64,000 nucleotides of DNA, taken from contig CM082593.2 in assembly GCA_040954595.2 (NCBI GenBank), positions 3,489,434 through 3,553,433 on the forward strand, in the 5' to 3' direction. The position numbers and the translations under genes were made by a program. Positions within the stretch are counted from its first letter, which is position 1. Every line of letters starts with the position of its first letter. Origin of the DNA: Balanoglossus misakiensis (lineage: Eukaryota; Animalia; Hemichordata). Shown piece by piece: positions 1 through 13,800 of this stretch. The notes below the pieces were generated by a model, which saw only the letters and a program-made list of their open reading frames with translations, searched no databases and was not told the origin of the DNA.

Positions 1-3000
1 GATTTTCATGGGCTATAACCCATGGTTTTTGTCGAAAAACCACCAAATTTTGAAAATCCGCGAAGTCGAAAAATTGACATTTCTGGATGATTTTCATGAG
101 CTATAACCCATGGTTTTTATCAAAAAATCACCAAATTTTGAAAATCCGCGAAGTCGAAAAATTGACATTTCTGGATGATTTTCATGGGCTATAACCCATG
201 GTTTTTATCAAAAAATCACCAAATTTTGAAAATCATCGAAGTCGAAAAATTGACATTTTTGGATGATTTTCATGAGCTATAACCCATGGTTTTTGTCGAA
301 AAATCACCAAATTTTGAAAACCCGCGAAGTCGAAAAATTGACATTTCTGGATGATTTTCATGGGCTATAACCCATGGTTTTTATCAAAAAATCACCAAAT
401 TTTGAAATTCCGCGAAGTCGAAAAATTGACATTTCTGGATGATTTTCATGAGCTATAACCCATGGTTTTTATCAAAAAATCACCAAATTTTGAAAATCCG
501 CGAAGTCGAAAAATTGACATTTCTGGATGATTTTCATGGGCTATAACCCATGGTTTTTGTCGAAAAACCACCAAATTTTGAAAATCCGCGAAGTCGAAAA
601 ATTGACATTTCTGGATGATTTTCATGGGCTATAACCCATGGTTTTTGTCGAAAAACCACCAAATTTTGAAAATCCGCGAAGTCGAAAAATTGACATTTCT
701 GGATGATTTTCATGAGCTATAAACCATGGTTTTTATCAAAAAATCACCAAATTTTGAAAATCCGCGAAGTCGAAAAATTGACATTTCTGGATGATTTTCA
801 TGGGCTATAACCCATGGTTTTTGTCGAAAAACCACCAAATTTTGAAAATCCGCGAAGTCGAAAAATTGACATTTCTGGATGATTTTCATGGGCTATAACC
901 CATGGTTTTTGTCGAAAAACCACCAAATTTTGAAAATCCGCGAAGTCGAAAAATTGACATTTCTGGATGATTTTCATGGGCTATAACCCATGGTTTTTGT
1001 CGAAAAACCACCAAATTTTGAAAATTCGCGAAGTCGAAAAATTGACATTTCTGGATGATTTTCATGGGCTATAACCCATGGTTTTTGTCGAAAAACCACC
1101 AAATTTTGAAAATTCGCGAAGTCGAAAAATTGACATTTCTGGATGATTTTCATGGGCTATAACCCATGGTTTTTAACAAAAAATTACCAAATTTTGAAAA
1201 TCCGCGAAGTCGAAAAATTGACATTTCTGGATGATTTTCATGGGCTATAACCCATGGTTTTTGTCGAAAAACCACCAAATTTTGAAAATTCGCGAAGTCG
1301 TAAAATTGACATTTCTGGATGATTTTCATGAGCTATAACCCATGGTTTTTATCAAAAAATGACCAAATTTTGAAAATCCGCGAAGTCGAAAAATTGACAT
1401 TTCTGGATGATTTTCATGAGCTATAACCCATGGTTTTTATCAAAAAATGACCAAATTTTGAAAATCCGCGAAGTCGAAAAATTGACATTTCTGGATGATT
1501 TTCATGAGCTATAAACCATGGTTTTTATCAAAAAATCACCAAATTTTGAAAATCCGCGAAGTCGAAAAATTGACATTTCTGGATGATTTTCATGGGCTAT
1601 AACCCATGGTTTTTGTCGAAAAACCACCAAATTTTGAAAATCCGCGAAGTCGAAAAATTGACATTTCTGGATGATTTTCATGGGCTATAACCCATGGTTT
1701 TTGTCGAAAAACCACCAAATTTTGAAAATCCGCGAAGTCGAAAAATTGACATTTCTGGATGATTTTCATGGGCTATAACCCATGGTTTTTGTCGAAAAAC
1801 CACCAAATTTTGAAAATTCGCGAAGTCGTAAAATTGACATTTCTGGATGATTTTCATGAGCTATAACCCATGGTTTTTATCAAAAAATGACCAAATTTTG
1901 AAAATCCGCGAAGTCGAAAAATTGACATTTCTGGATGATTTTCATGAGCTATAACCCATGGTTTTTATCAAAAAATGACCAAATTTTGAAAATCCGCGAA
2001 GTCGAAAAATTGACATTTCTGGATGATTTTCATGGGCTATAACCCATGGTTTTTGTCGAAAAACCACCAAATTTTGAAAATCCGCGAAGTCGAAAAATTG
2101 ACATTTCTGGATGATTTTCATGGGCTATAACCCATGGTTTTTGTCGAAAAACCACCAAATTTTGAAAATTCGCGAAGTCGAAAAATTGACATTTCTGGAT
2201 GATTTTCATGGGCTATAACCCATGGTTTTTGTCGAAAAACCACCAAATTTTGAAAATTCGCGAAGTCGAAAAATTGACATTTCTGGATGATTTTCATGGG
2301 CTATAACCCATGGTTTTTGTCGAAAAACCACCAAATTTTGAAAATTCGCGAAGTCGAAAAATTGACATTTCTGGATGATTTTCATGGGCTATAACCCATG
2401 GTTTTTGTCGAAAAACCACCAAATTTTGAAAATTCGCGAAGTCGAAAAATTGACATTTCTGGATGATTTTCATGGGCTATAACTCATGGTTTTTGTCGAA
2501 AAACCACCAAATTTTGAAAATTCGCGAAGTCGAAAAATTGACATTTCTGGATGATTTTCATGGGCTATAACCCATGGTTTTTGTCGAAAAACCACCAAAT
2601 TTTGAAAATTCGCGAAGTCGAAAAATTGACATTTCTGGATGATTTTCATGGGCTATAACCCATGGTTTTTGTCGAAAAACCACCAAATTTGAAAATACGC
2701 GAAGTCGTAAAATTGACATTTCTGGATGATTTTCATGAGCTATAACCCATGGTTTTTATCAAAAAATCACCAAATTTTGAAAATCCGCGAAGTCGAAAAA
2801 TTGACATTTCTGGATGATTTTCATGGGCTATAACCCATGGTTTTTGTCGAAAAACCACCAAATTTGAAAATACGCGAAGTCGTAAAATTGACATTTCATG
2901 ATGATTTTCATGGGCTATAACCCATGGTTTTTATCAAAAAATCACCAAATTTTGAAAATCCGCGAAGTCAAAAAATTGACATGTCTGGATGATTTTCATG

Positions 3001-4804
3001 GGCTATAACCCATGGTTTTTATCAAAAAATCACCAAATTTTGAAATTCCGCGAAGTCGAAAAATTGACATTTCTGGATGATTTTCATGAGCTATAACCCA
3101 TGGTTTTTATCAAAAAATCACCAAATTTTGAAAATCCGCGAAGTCGAAAAATTGACATTTCTGGATGATTTTCATGAGCTATAACCAATGGTTTTTATCA
3201 AAAAATCACCAAATTTTGAAAATCCGCGAAGTCGTAAAATTGACATTTCTGGATGATTTTCATGAGCTATAACCCATGGTTTTTATCATAAAAATCACCA
3301 AATTTTGAAAATCCGCGAAGTCGAAAAATTGACATTTCTGGATGATTTTCATGAGCTATAACCCATGGTTTTTGTCGAAAAACCACCAAATTTTGAAAAT
3401 TCGCGAAGTCGAAAAATTGACATTTCTGGATGATTTTCATGGGCTATAACCCATGGTTTTTGTCGAAAAACCACCAAATTTTGAAAATTCGCGAAGTCGA
3501 AAAATTGACATTTCTGGATGATTTTCATGGGCTATAACCCATGGTTTTTGTCGAAAAACCACCAAATTTTGAAAATTCGCGAAGTCGAAAAATTGACATT
3601 TCTGGATGATTTTCATGGGCTATAACCCATGGTTTTTGTCGAAAAACCACCAAATTTTGAAAATTCGCGAAGTCGAAAAATTGACATTTCTGGATGATTT
3701 TCATGGGCTATAACCCATGGTTTTTGTCGAAAAACCACCAAATTTTGAAAATTCGCGAAGTCGAAAAATTGACATTTCTGGATGATTTTCATGGGCTATA
3801 ACCCATGGTTTTTGTCGAAAAACCACCAAATTTTGAAAATTCGCGAAGTCGAAAAATTGACATTTCTGGATGATTTTCATGGGCTATAACCCATGGTTAT
3901 TGTCGAAAAACCACCAAATTTTGAAAATCCGTGAAGTCGAAAAATTGACATTTCTGGATGATTTTCATGAGCTATAACCCATGGTTTTTGTCGAAAAACC
4001 ACCAAATTTTGAAAATTCGCGAAGTCGAAAAATTGACATTTCTGGATGATTTTCATGAGCTATAACCCATGGTTTTTGTCGAAAAACCACCAAATTTTGA
4101 AAATTCGCGAAGTCGAAAAATTGACATTTCTGGATGATTTTCATGGGCTATAACCCATGGTTTTTGTCGAAAAACCACCAAATTTTGAAAATTGGCGAAG
4201 TCGTAAAATTGACATTTCTGGATGATTTTCATGAGCTATAACCCATGGTTTTTATCATAAAAATCACCAAATTTTGAAAATCCGCGAAGTCGAAAAATTG
4301 ACATTTCTGGATGATTTTCATGAGCTATAACCCATGGTTTTTGTCGAAAAACCACCAAATTTTTAAAATTCGCGAAGTCGAAAAATTGACATTTCTGGAT
4401 GATTTTCATGGGCTATAACCCATGGTTTTTGTCGAAAAACCACCAAATTTTGAAAATTCGCGAAGTCGAAAAATTGACATTTCTGGATGATTTTCATGGG
4501 CTATAACCCATGGTTTTTGTCGAAAAACCACCAAATTTTGAAAATCCGCGAAGTCGAAAAATTGACACTTCTGGATGATTTTCATGGGCTATGACCCATG
4601 GTTTTTGTCGAAAAACCACCAAATTTTGAAAATTCGCGAAGTCGAAAAATTGACATTTCTGGATGATTTTCATGAGCTATAACCCATGGTTTTTGTCGAA
4701 AAACCACCAAATTTTGAAAATTCGCGAAGTCGAAAAATTAACATTTCTGGATGATTTTCATTGGCTATAACCCATGGTTTTTGTCGAAAAACCACCGCGA
4801 AGTC
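1..4804 (+). repeat. 88-bp satellite tandem array, left arm (orientation A), about 54 monomers, continues beyond the window start
   Basis: Monomer GATTTTCATGGGCTATAACCCATGGTTTTTGTCGAAAAACCACCAAATTTTGAAAATCCGCGAAGTCGAAAAATTGACATTTCTGGAT recurs at 1, 89, ... 1321 and 2641 (multiples of 88). Confidence 0.98.
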
Positions 4805-7800
4805 GACTTCGCGAATTTTCAAAATTTGGTGGTTTTTCGACAAAAACCATGGGTTATAGCCCATGAAAATCATCCAGAAATGTCAATTTTTCGACTTCGC
4901 GAATTTTCAAAATTTGGTGGTTTTTCGACAAAAACCATGGGTTATAGCCCATGAAAATCATGTCAATTTTTCGACTTCGCGGATTTTCAAAATTTGGTGA
5001 TTTTTTGATAAAAACCATGGGTTATAGCTCATGAAAATCATCCAGAAATGTCAATTTTTCGACTTCGCGAATTTTCAAAATTTGGTGGTTTTTCGACAAA
5101 AACCATGGGTTATAGCCCATGAAAATCATCCAGAAATGTCAATTTTTCGACTTCGCGAATTTTCAAAATTTGGTGGTTTTTCGACAAAAACCATGGGTTA
5201 TAGCCCATGAAAATCATGTCAATTTTTAGACTTCGCGAATTTTCAAAATTTGGTGGTTTTTCGACAAAAACCATGGGTTATAGCCCATGAAAATCATCCA
5301 GAAATGTCAATTTTTCGACTTCGCGAATTTTCAAAATTTGGTGGTTTTTCGACAAAAACCATGGGTTATAGCTCATGAAAATCATCCAGAAATGTCAATT
5401 TTTCGACTTCGCGAATTTTCAAAATTTGGTGGTTTTTCGACAAAAACCATGGGTTATAGCCCATGAAAATCATCCAGAAATGTCAATTTTTCGACTTCGC
5501 GAATTTTCAAAATTTGGTGGTTTTTCGACAAAAACCATGGGTTATAGCCCATGAAAATCATCCAGAAATGTCAATTTTTCGACTTCGCGAATTTTCAAAA
5601 TTTGGTGGTTTTTCGACAAAAACCATGGGTTATAGCCCATGAAAATCATCCAGAAATGTCAATTTTTCGACTTCGCGAATTTTCAAAATTTGGTGGTTTT
5701 TCGACAAAAACCATGGGTTATAGCCCATGAAAATCATCCAGAAATGTCAATTTTTCGACTTCGCGGATTTTCAAAATTTGGTGATTTTTCGACAAAAACC
5801 ATGGGTTATAGCCCATGAAAACATCCAGAAATGTCAATTTTTCGACTTCGCGAATTTTCAAAATTTGGTGGTTTTTCGACAAAAACCATGGGTTATAGCC
5901 CATGAAAATCATCCAGAAATGTCAATTTTTCGACTTCGCGAATTTTCAAAATTTGGTGGTTTTTCGACAAAAACCATGGGTTATAGCCCATGAAAATCAT
6001 CCAGAAATGTCAATTTTTCGACTTCGCGAATTTTCAAAATTTGGTGGTTTTTCGACAAAAACCATGGGTTATAGCCCATGAAAATCATCCAGAAATGTCA
6101 ATTTTTCGACTTCGCGAATTTTCAAAATTTGGTGGTTTTTCGACAAAAACCATGGGTTATAGCTCATGAAAATCATCCAGAAATGTCAATTTTTCGACTT
6201 CGCGAATTTTCAAAATTTGGTGGTTTTTCGACAAAAACCATGGGTTATAGCCCATGAAAATCATCCAGAAATGTCAATTTTTCGACTTCGCGGATTTTCA
6301 AAATTTGGTGATTTTTTGATAAAAACCATGGGTTATAGTTCATGAAAATCATCCAGAAATGTCAATTTTTCGACTTCACGAATTTTCAAAATTTGGTGGT
6401 TTTTCGACAAAAACCATGGGTTATAGCCCATGAAAATCATCCAGAAATGTCAATTTTTCGACTTCGCGAATTTTCAAAATTTGGTGGTTTTTCGACAAAA
6501 ACCATGGGTTATAGCCCATGAAAATCATCCAGAAATGTCAATTTTTTGACTTCGCGAATTTTCAAAATTTGGTGGTTTTTCGACAAAAACCATGGGTTAT
6601 AGCCCATGAAAATCATCCAGAAATGTCAATTTTTCGACTTCGCGAATTTCAAAATTTGGTGGTTTTTCGACAAAAACCATGGGTTATAGCCCATGAAAAT
6701 CATCCAGAAATGTCAATTTTTCGACTTCGCTGATTTTCAAAATTTGGTGATTTTTCGATAAAAACCATGGGTTATAGCTCATGAAAATCATCCAGAAATG
6801 TCAATTTTTCGACTTCGCGGATTTTCAAAATTTGGTGATTTTTTGATAAAAACCATGGGTTATAGCTCATGAAAATCATCCAGAAATGTCAATTTTACGA
6901 CTTCGCGGATTTTCAAAATTTGGTGGTTTTTCGACAAAAACCATGGGTTATAGCCCATGAAAATCATCCAGAAATGTCAATTTTTCGACTTCGCGAATTT
7001 TCAAAATTTGGTGGTTTTTCGACAAAAACCATGGGTTATAGCCCATGAAAATCATCCAGAAATGTCAATTTTTCGACTTCGCGAATTTTCAAAATTTGGT
7101 GGTTTTTCGACAAAAACCATGGGTTATAGCCCATGAAAATCATCCAGAAATGTCAATTTTTCGACTTCGCGAATTTTCAAAATTTGGTGGTTTTTCGACA
7201 AAAACCATGGGTTATAGCCCATGAAAATCATCCAGAAATGTCAATTTTTCGACTTCGCGGATTTTCAAAATTTGGTGGTTTTTCGACAAAAACCATGGGT
7301 TATAGCCCATGAAAATCATCCAGAAATGTCAATTTTTCGACTTCGCGAATTTTCAAAATTTGGTGGTTTTTCGACAAAAACCATGGGTTATAGCCCATGA
7401 AAATCATCCAGAAATGTCAATTTTTCGACTTCGCGAATTTTCAAAATTTGGTGGTTTTTCGACAAAAACCATGGGTTATAGCTCATGAAAATCATCCAGA
7501 AATGTCAATTTTTCGACTTCGCGAATTTTCAAAATTTGGTGGTTTTTCGACAAAAACCATGGGTTATAGCTCATGAAAATCATCCAGAAATGTCAATTTT
7601 TCGACTTCGCGGATTTTCAAAATTTGGTGGTTTTTCGACAAAAACCATGGGTTATAGCCCATGAAAATCATCCAGAAATGTCAATTTTTCGACTTCGCGA
7701 ATTTTCAAAATTTGGTGATTTTTTGATAAAAACCATGGGTTATAGTTCATGAAAATCATCCAGAAATGTCAATTTTTCGACTTCGCGAATTTTCAAAATT

Positions 7801-10800
7801 TGGTGGTTTTTCGACAAAAACCATGGGTTATAGCCCATGAAAATCATCCAGAAATGTCAATTTTTCGACTTCGCGAATTTTCAAAATTTGGTGGTTTTTC
7901 GACAAAAACCATGGGTTATAGCCCATGAAAATCATCCAGAAATGTCAATTTTTCGACTTCGCGAATTTTCAAAATTTGGTGGTTTTTCGACAAAAACCAT
8001 GGGTTATAGCCCATGAAAATCATCCAGAAATGTCAATTTTTCGACTTCGCGAATTTTCAAAATTTGGTGGTTTTTCGACAAAAACCATGGGTTATAGCCC
8101 ATGAAAATCATCCAGAAATGTCAATTTTTCGACTTCGCGGATTTTCAAAATTTGGTGATTTTTCGACAAAAACCATGGGTTATAGCCCATGAAAACATCC
8201 AGAAATGTCAATTTTTCGACTTCGCGAATTTTCAAAATTTGGTGGTTTTTCGACAAAATTCATGGGTTATAGCCCATGAAAATCATCCAGAAATGTCAAT
8301 TTTTCGACTTCGCGAATTTTCAAAATTTGGTGGTTTTTCGACAAAAACCATGGGTTATAGCCCATGAAAATCATCCAGAAATGTCAATTTTTCGACTTCG
8401 CGAATTTTCAAAATTTGGTGGTTTTTCGACAAAAACCATGGGTTATAGCCCATGAAAATCATCCAGAAATGTCAATTTTTCGACTTCGCGAATTTTCAAA
8501 ATTTGGTGGTTTTTAGACAAAAACCATGGGTTATAGCCCATGAAAATCATCCAGAAATGTCAATTTTTCGACTTCGCGAATTTTCAAAATTTGGTGGTTT
8601 TTCGACAAAAACCATGGGTTATAGCTCATGAAAATCATCCAGAAATGTCAATTTTTCGACTTCGCGAATTTTCAAAATTTGGTGGTTTTTCGACAAAAAC
8701 CATGGGTTATAGCCCATGAAAATCATCCAGAAATGTCAATTTTTCGACTTCGCGGATTTTCAAAATTTGGTGATTTTTTGATAAAAACCATGGGTTATAG
8801 TTCATGAAAATCATCCAGAAATGTCAATTTTTCGACTTCACGAATTTTCAAAATTTGGTGGTTTTTCGACAAAAACCATGGGTTATAGCCCATGAAAATC
8901 ATCCAGAAATGTCAATTTTTCGACTTCGCGAATTTTCAAAATTTGGTGGTTTTTCGACAAAAACCATGGGTTATAGCCCATGAAAATCATCCAGAAATGT
9001 CAATTTTTTGACTTCGCGAATTTTCAAAATTTGGTGGTTTTTCGACAAAAACCATGGGTTATAGCCCATGAAAATCATCCAGAAATGTCAATTTTTCGAC
9101 TTCGCGAATTTCAAAATTTGGTGGTTTTTCGACAAAAACCATGGGTTATAGCCCATGAAAATCATCCAGAAATGTCAATTTTTCGACTTCGCTTATTTTC
9201 AAAATTTGGTGATTTTTCGATAAAAACCATGGGTTATAGCTCATGAAAATCATCCAGAAATGTCAATTTTTCGACTTCGCGGATTTTCAAAATTTGGTGA
9301 TTTTTTGATAAAAACCATGGGTTATAGCTCATGAAAATCATCCAGAAATGTCAATTTTACGACTTCGCGGATTTTCAAAATTTGGTGGTTTTTCGACAAA
9401 AACCATGGGTTATAGCCCATGAAAATCATCCAGAAATGTCAATTTTTCGACTTCGCGAATTTTCAAAATTTGGTGGTTTTTCGACAAAAACCATGGGTTA
9501 TAGCCCATGAAAATCATCCAGAAATGTCAATTTTTCGACTTCGCGAATTTTCAAAATTTGGTGGTTTTTCGACAAAAACCATGGGTTATAGCCCATGAAA
9601 ATCATCCAGAAATGTCAATTTTTCGACTTCGCGGATTTTCAAAATTTGGTGGTTTTTCGACAAAAACCATGGGTTATAGCCCATGAAAATCATCCAGAAA
9701 TGTCAATTTTTCGACTTCGCGAATTTTCAACATTTGGTGGTTTTTCGACAAAAACCATGGGTTATAGCCCATGAAAATCATCCAGAAATGTCAATTTTTC
9801 GACTTCGCGAATTTTCAAAATTTGGTGGTTTTTCGACAAAAACCATGGGTTATAGCTCATGAAAATCATCCAGAAATGTCAATTTTTCGACTTCGCGAAT
9901 TTTCAAAATTTGGTGGTTTTTCGACAAAAACCATGGGTTATAGCTCATGAAAATCATCCAGAAATGTCAATTTTTCGACTTCGCGGATTTTCAAAATTTG
10001 GTGGTTTTTCGACAAAAACCATGGGTTATAGCCCATGAAAATCATCCAGAAATGTCAATTTTTCGACTTCGCGAATTTTCAAAATTTGGTGATTTTTTGA
10101 TAAAAACCATGGGTTATAGTTCATGAAAATCATCCAGAAATGTCAATTTTTCGACTTCGCGAATTTTCAAAATTTGGTGGTTTTTCGACAAAAACCATGG
10201 GTTATAGCCCATGAAAATCATCCAGAAATGTCAATTTTTCGACTTCGCGAATTTTCAAAATTTGGTGGTTTTTCGACAAAAACCATGGGTTATAGCCCAT
10301 GAAAATCATCCAGAAATGTCAATTTTTCGACTTCGCGAATTTTCAAAATGTGGTGGTTTTTCGACAAAAACCATGGGTTATAGCCCATGAAAATCATCCA
10401 GAAATGTCAATTTTTCGACTTCGCTTATTTTCAAAAATTGGTGATTTTTCGATAAAAACCATGGGTTATAGCTCATGAAAATCATCCAGAAATGTCAATT
10501 TTTCGACTTCGCGAATTTTCAAAATTTGGTGGTTTTTCGACAAAAACCATGGGTTATAGCCCATGAAAATCATCCAGAAATGTCAATTTTTCGACTTCGC
10601 GGATTTTCAAAATTTGGTGGTTTTTCGACAAAAACCATGGGTTATAGCCCATGAAAATCATCCAGAAATGTCAATTTTTCGACTTCGCGAATTTTCAAAA
10701 TTTGGTGGTTTTTCGACAAAAACCATGGGTTATAGCCCATGAAAATCATCCAGAAATGTCAATTTTTCGACTTCGCGAATTTTCAAAATTTGGTGGTTTT

Positions 10801-13800
10801 TCGACAAAAACCATGGGTTATAGCCCATGAAAATCATCCAGAAATGTCAATTTTTCGACTTCGCGAATTTTCAAAATTTGGTGGTTTTTCGACAAAAACC
10901 ATGGGTTATAGCCCATGAAAATCATCCAGAAATGTCAATTTTTCGACTTCGCTGATTTTCAAAATTTGGTGATTTTTCGATAAAAACCATGGGTTATAGC
11001 TCATGAAAATAATCCAGAAATGTCAATTTTTCGACTTCGCGGATTTTCAAAATTTGGTGATTTTTTGATAAAAACCATGGGTTATAGCTCATGAAAATCA
11101 TCCAGAAATGTCAATTTTACGACTTCGCGGATTTTCAAAATTTGGTGGTTTTTCGACAAAATCCATGGGTTATAGCCCATGAAAATCATCCAGAAATGTC
11201 AATTTTTCGACTTCGCGAATTTTCAAAATTTGGTGGTTTTTCGACAAAAACCATGGGTTATAGCCCATGAAAATCATCCAGAAATGTCAATTTTTCGACT
11301 TCGCGAATTTTCAAAATTTGGTGGTTTTTCGACAAAAACCATGGGTTATAGCCCATGAAAATCATCCAGAAATGTCAATTTTTCGACTTCGCGAATTTTC
11401 AAAATTTGGTGGTTTTTCGACAAAAACCATGGGTTATAGCCCATGAAAATCATCCAGAAATGTCAATTTTTCGACTTCGCGGATTTTCAAAATTTGGTGG
11501 TTTTTCGACAAAAACCATGGGTTATAGCCCATGAAAATCATCCAGAAATGTCAATTTTTCGACTTCGCGAATTTTCAAAATTTGGTGGTTTTTCGACAAA
11601 AACCATGGGTTATAGCCCATGAAAATCATCCAGAAATGTCAATTTTTCGACTTCGCGAATTTTAAAAATTTGGTGGTTTTTCGACAAAAACCATGGGTTA
11701 TAGCTCATGAAAATCATCCAGAAATGTCAATTTTTCGACTTCGCGAATTTTCAAAATTTGGTGGTTTTTCGACAAAAACCATGGGTTATAGCTCATGAAA
11801 ATCATCCAGAAATGTCAATTTTTCGACTTCGCGGATTTTCAAAATTTGGTGGTTTTTCGACAAAAACCATGGGTTATAGCCCATGAAAATCATCCAGAAA
11901 TGTCAATTTTTCGAATTCGCGAATTTTCAAAATTTGGTGATTTTTTGATAAAAACCATGGGTTATAGTTCATGAAAATCATCCAGAAATGTCAATTTTTC
12001 GACTTCGCGAATTTTCAAAATTTGGTGGTTTTTCGACAAAAACCATGGGTTATAGCCCATGAAAATCATCCAGAAATGTCAATTTTTCGACTTCGCGAAT
12101 TTTCAAAATTTGGTGGTTTTTCGACAAAAACCATGGGTTATAGCCCATGAAAATCATCCAGAAATGTCAATTTTTCGACTTCGCGAATTTTCAAAATTTG
12201 GTGGTTTTTCGACAAAAACCATGGGTTATAGCCCATGAAAATCATCCAGAAATGTCAATTTTTCGACTTCGCGAATTTTCAAAATTTGGTGGTTTTTCGA
12301 CAAAAACCATGGGTTATAGCCCATGAAAATCATCCAGAAATGTCAATTTTTCGACTTCGCGAATTTTCAAAATTTGGTGGTTTTTCGACAAAAACCATGG
12401 GTTATAGCCCATGAAAATCATCCAGAAATGTCAATTTTTCGACTTCGCGAATTTTCAAAATTTGGTGGTTTTTCGACAAAAACCATGGGTTATAGCCCAT
12501 GAAAATCATCCAGAAATGTCAATTTTTCGACTTCGCGAATTTTCAAAATTTGGTGGTTTTTCGACAAAAACCATGGGTTATAGCCCATGAAAATCATCCA
12601 GAAATGTCAATTTTTCGACTTCGCGAATTTTCAAAATTTGGTGGTTTTTCGACAAAAACCATGGGTTATAGCCCATGAAAATCATCCAGAAATGTCAATT
12701 TTTCGACTTCGCGAATTTTCAAAATTTGGTGGTTTTTCGACAAAAACCATGGGTTATAGCCCATGAAAATCATCCAGAAATGTCAATTTTTCGACTTCGC
12801 GAATTTTCAAAATTTGGTGGTTTTTCGACAAAAACCATGGGTTATAGCCCATGAAAATCATCCAGAAATGTCAATTTTTCGACTTCGCGAATTTTCAAAA
12901 TTTGGTGGTTTTTCGACAAAAACCATGGGTTATAGCTCATGAAAATCATCCAGAAATGTCAATTTTTCGACTTCGCGAATTTTCAAAATTTGGTGGTTTT
13001 TCGACAAAAACCATGGGTTATAGCCCATGAAAATCATCCAGAAATGTCAATTTTTCGACTTCGCGGATTTTCAAAATTTGGTGATTTTTCGATAAAAACC
13101 ATGGGTTATAGCTCATGAAAATCATCCAGAAATGTCAATTTTTCGACTTCGCGAATTTTCAAAATTTGGTGGTTTTTCGACAAAAACCATGGGTTATAGC
13201 CCATGAAAATCATCCAGAAATGTCAATTTTTCGACTTCGCGAATTTTCAAAATTTGGTGGTTTTTCGACAAAAACCATGGGTTATAGCCCATGAAAATCA
13301 TCCAGAAATGTCAATTTTTCGACTTCGCGAATTTTCAAAATTTGGTGGTTTTTCGACAAAAACCATGGGTTATAGCCCATGAAAATCATCCAGAAATGTC
13401 AATTTTTCGACTTCGCGGATTTTCAAAATTTGGTGATTTTTTGATAAAAACCATGGGTTATAGCTCATGAAAATCATCCAGAAATGTCAATTTTACGATT
13501 TCGCGGATTTTCAAAATTTGGTGGTTTTTCGTCAAAAACCATGGGTTATAGCCCATGAAAATCATCCAGAAATGTCAATTTTTCGACTTCGCGGATTTTC
13601 AAAATTTGGTGATTTTTTGATAAAAACCATGGGTTATAGCTCATGAAAATCATCCAGAAATGTCAATTTTACGACTTCGCGGATTTTCAAAATTTGGTGG
13701 TTTTTCGACAAAAACCATGGGTTATAGCCCATGAAAATCATCCAGAAATGTCAATTTTTCGACTTCGCGAATTTTCAAAATTTGGTGGTTTTTCGACAAA

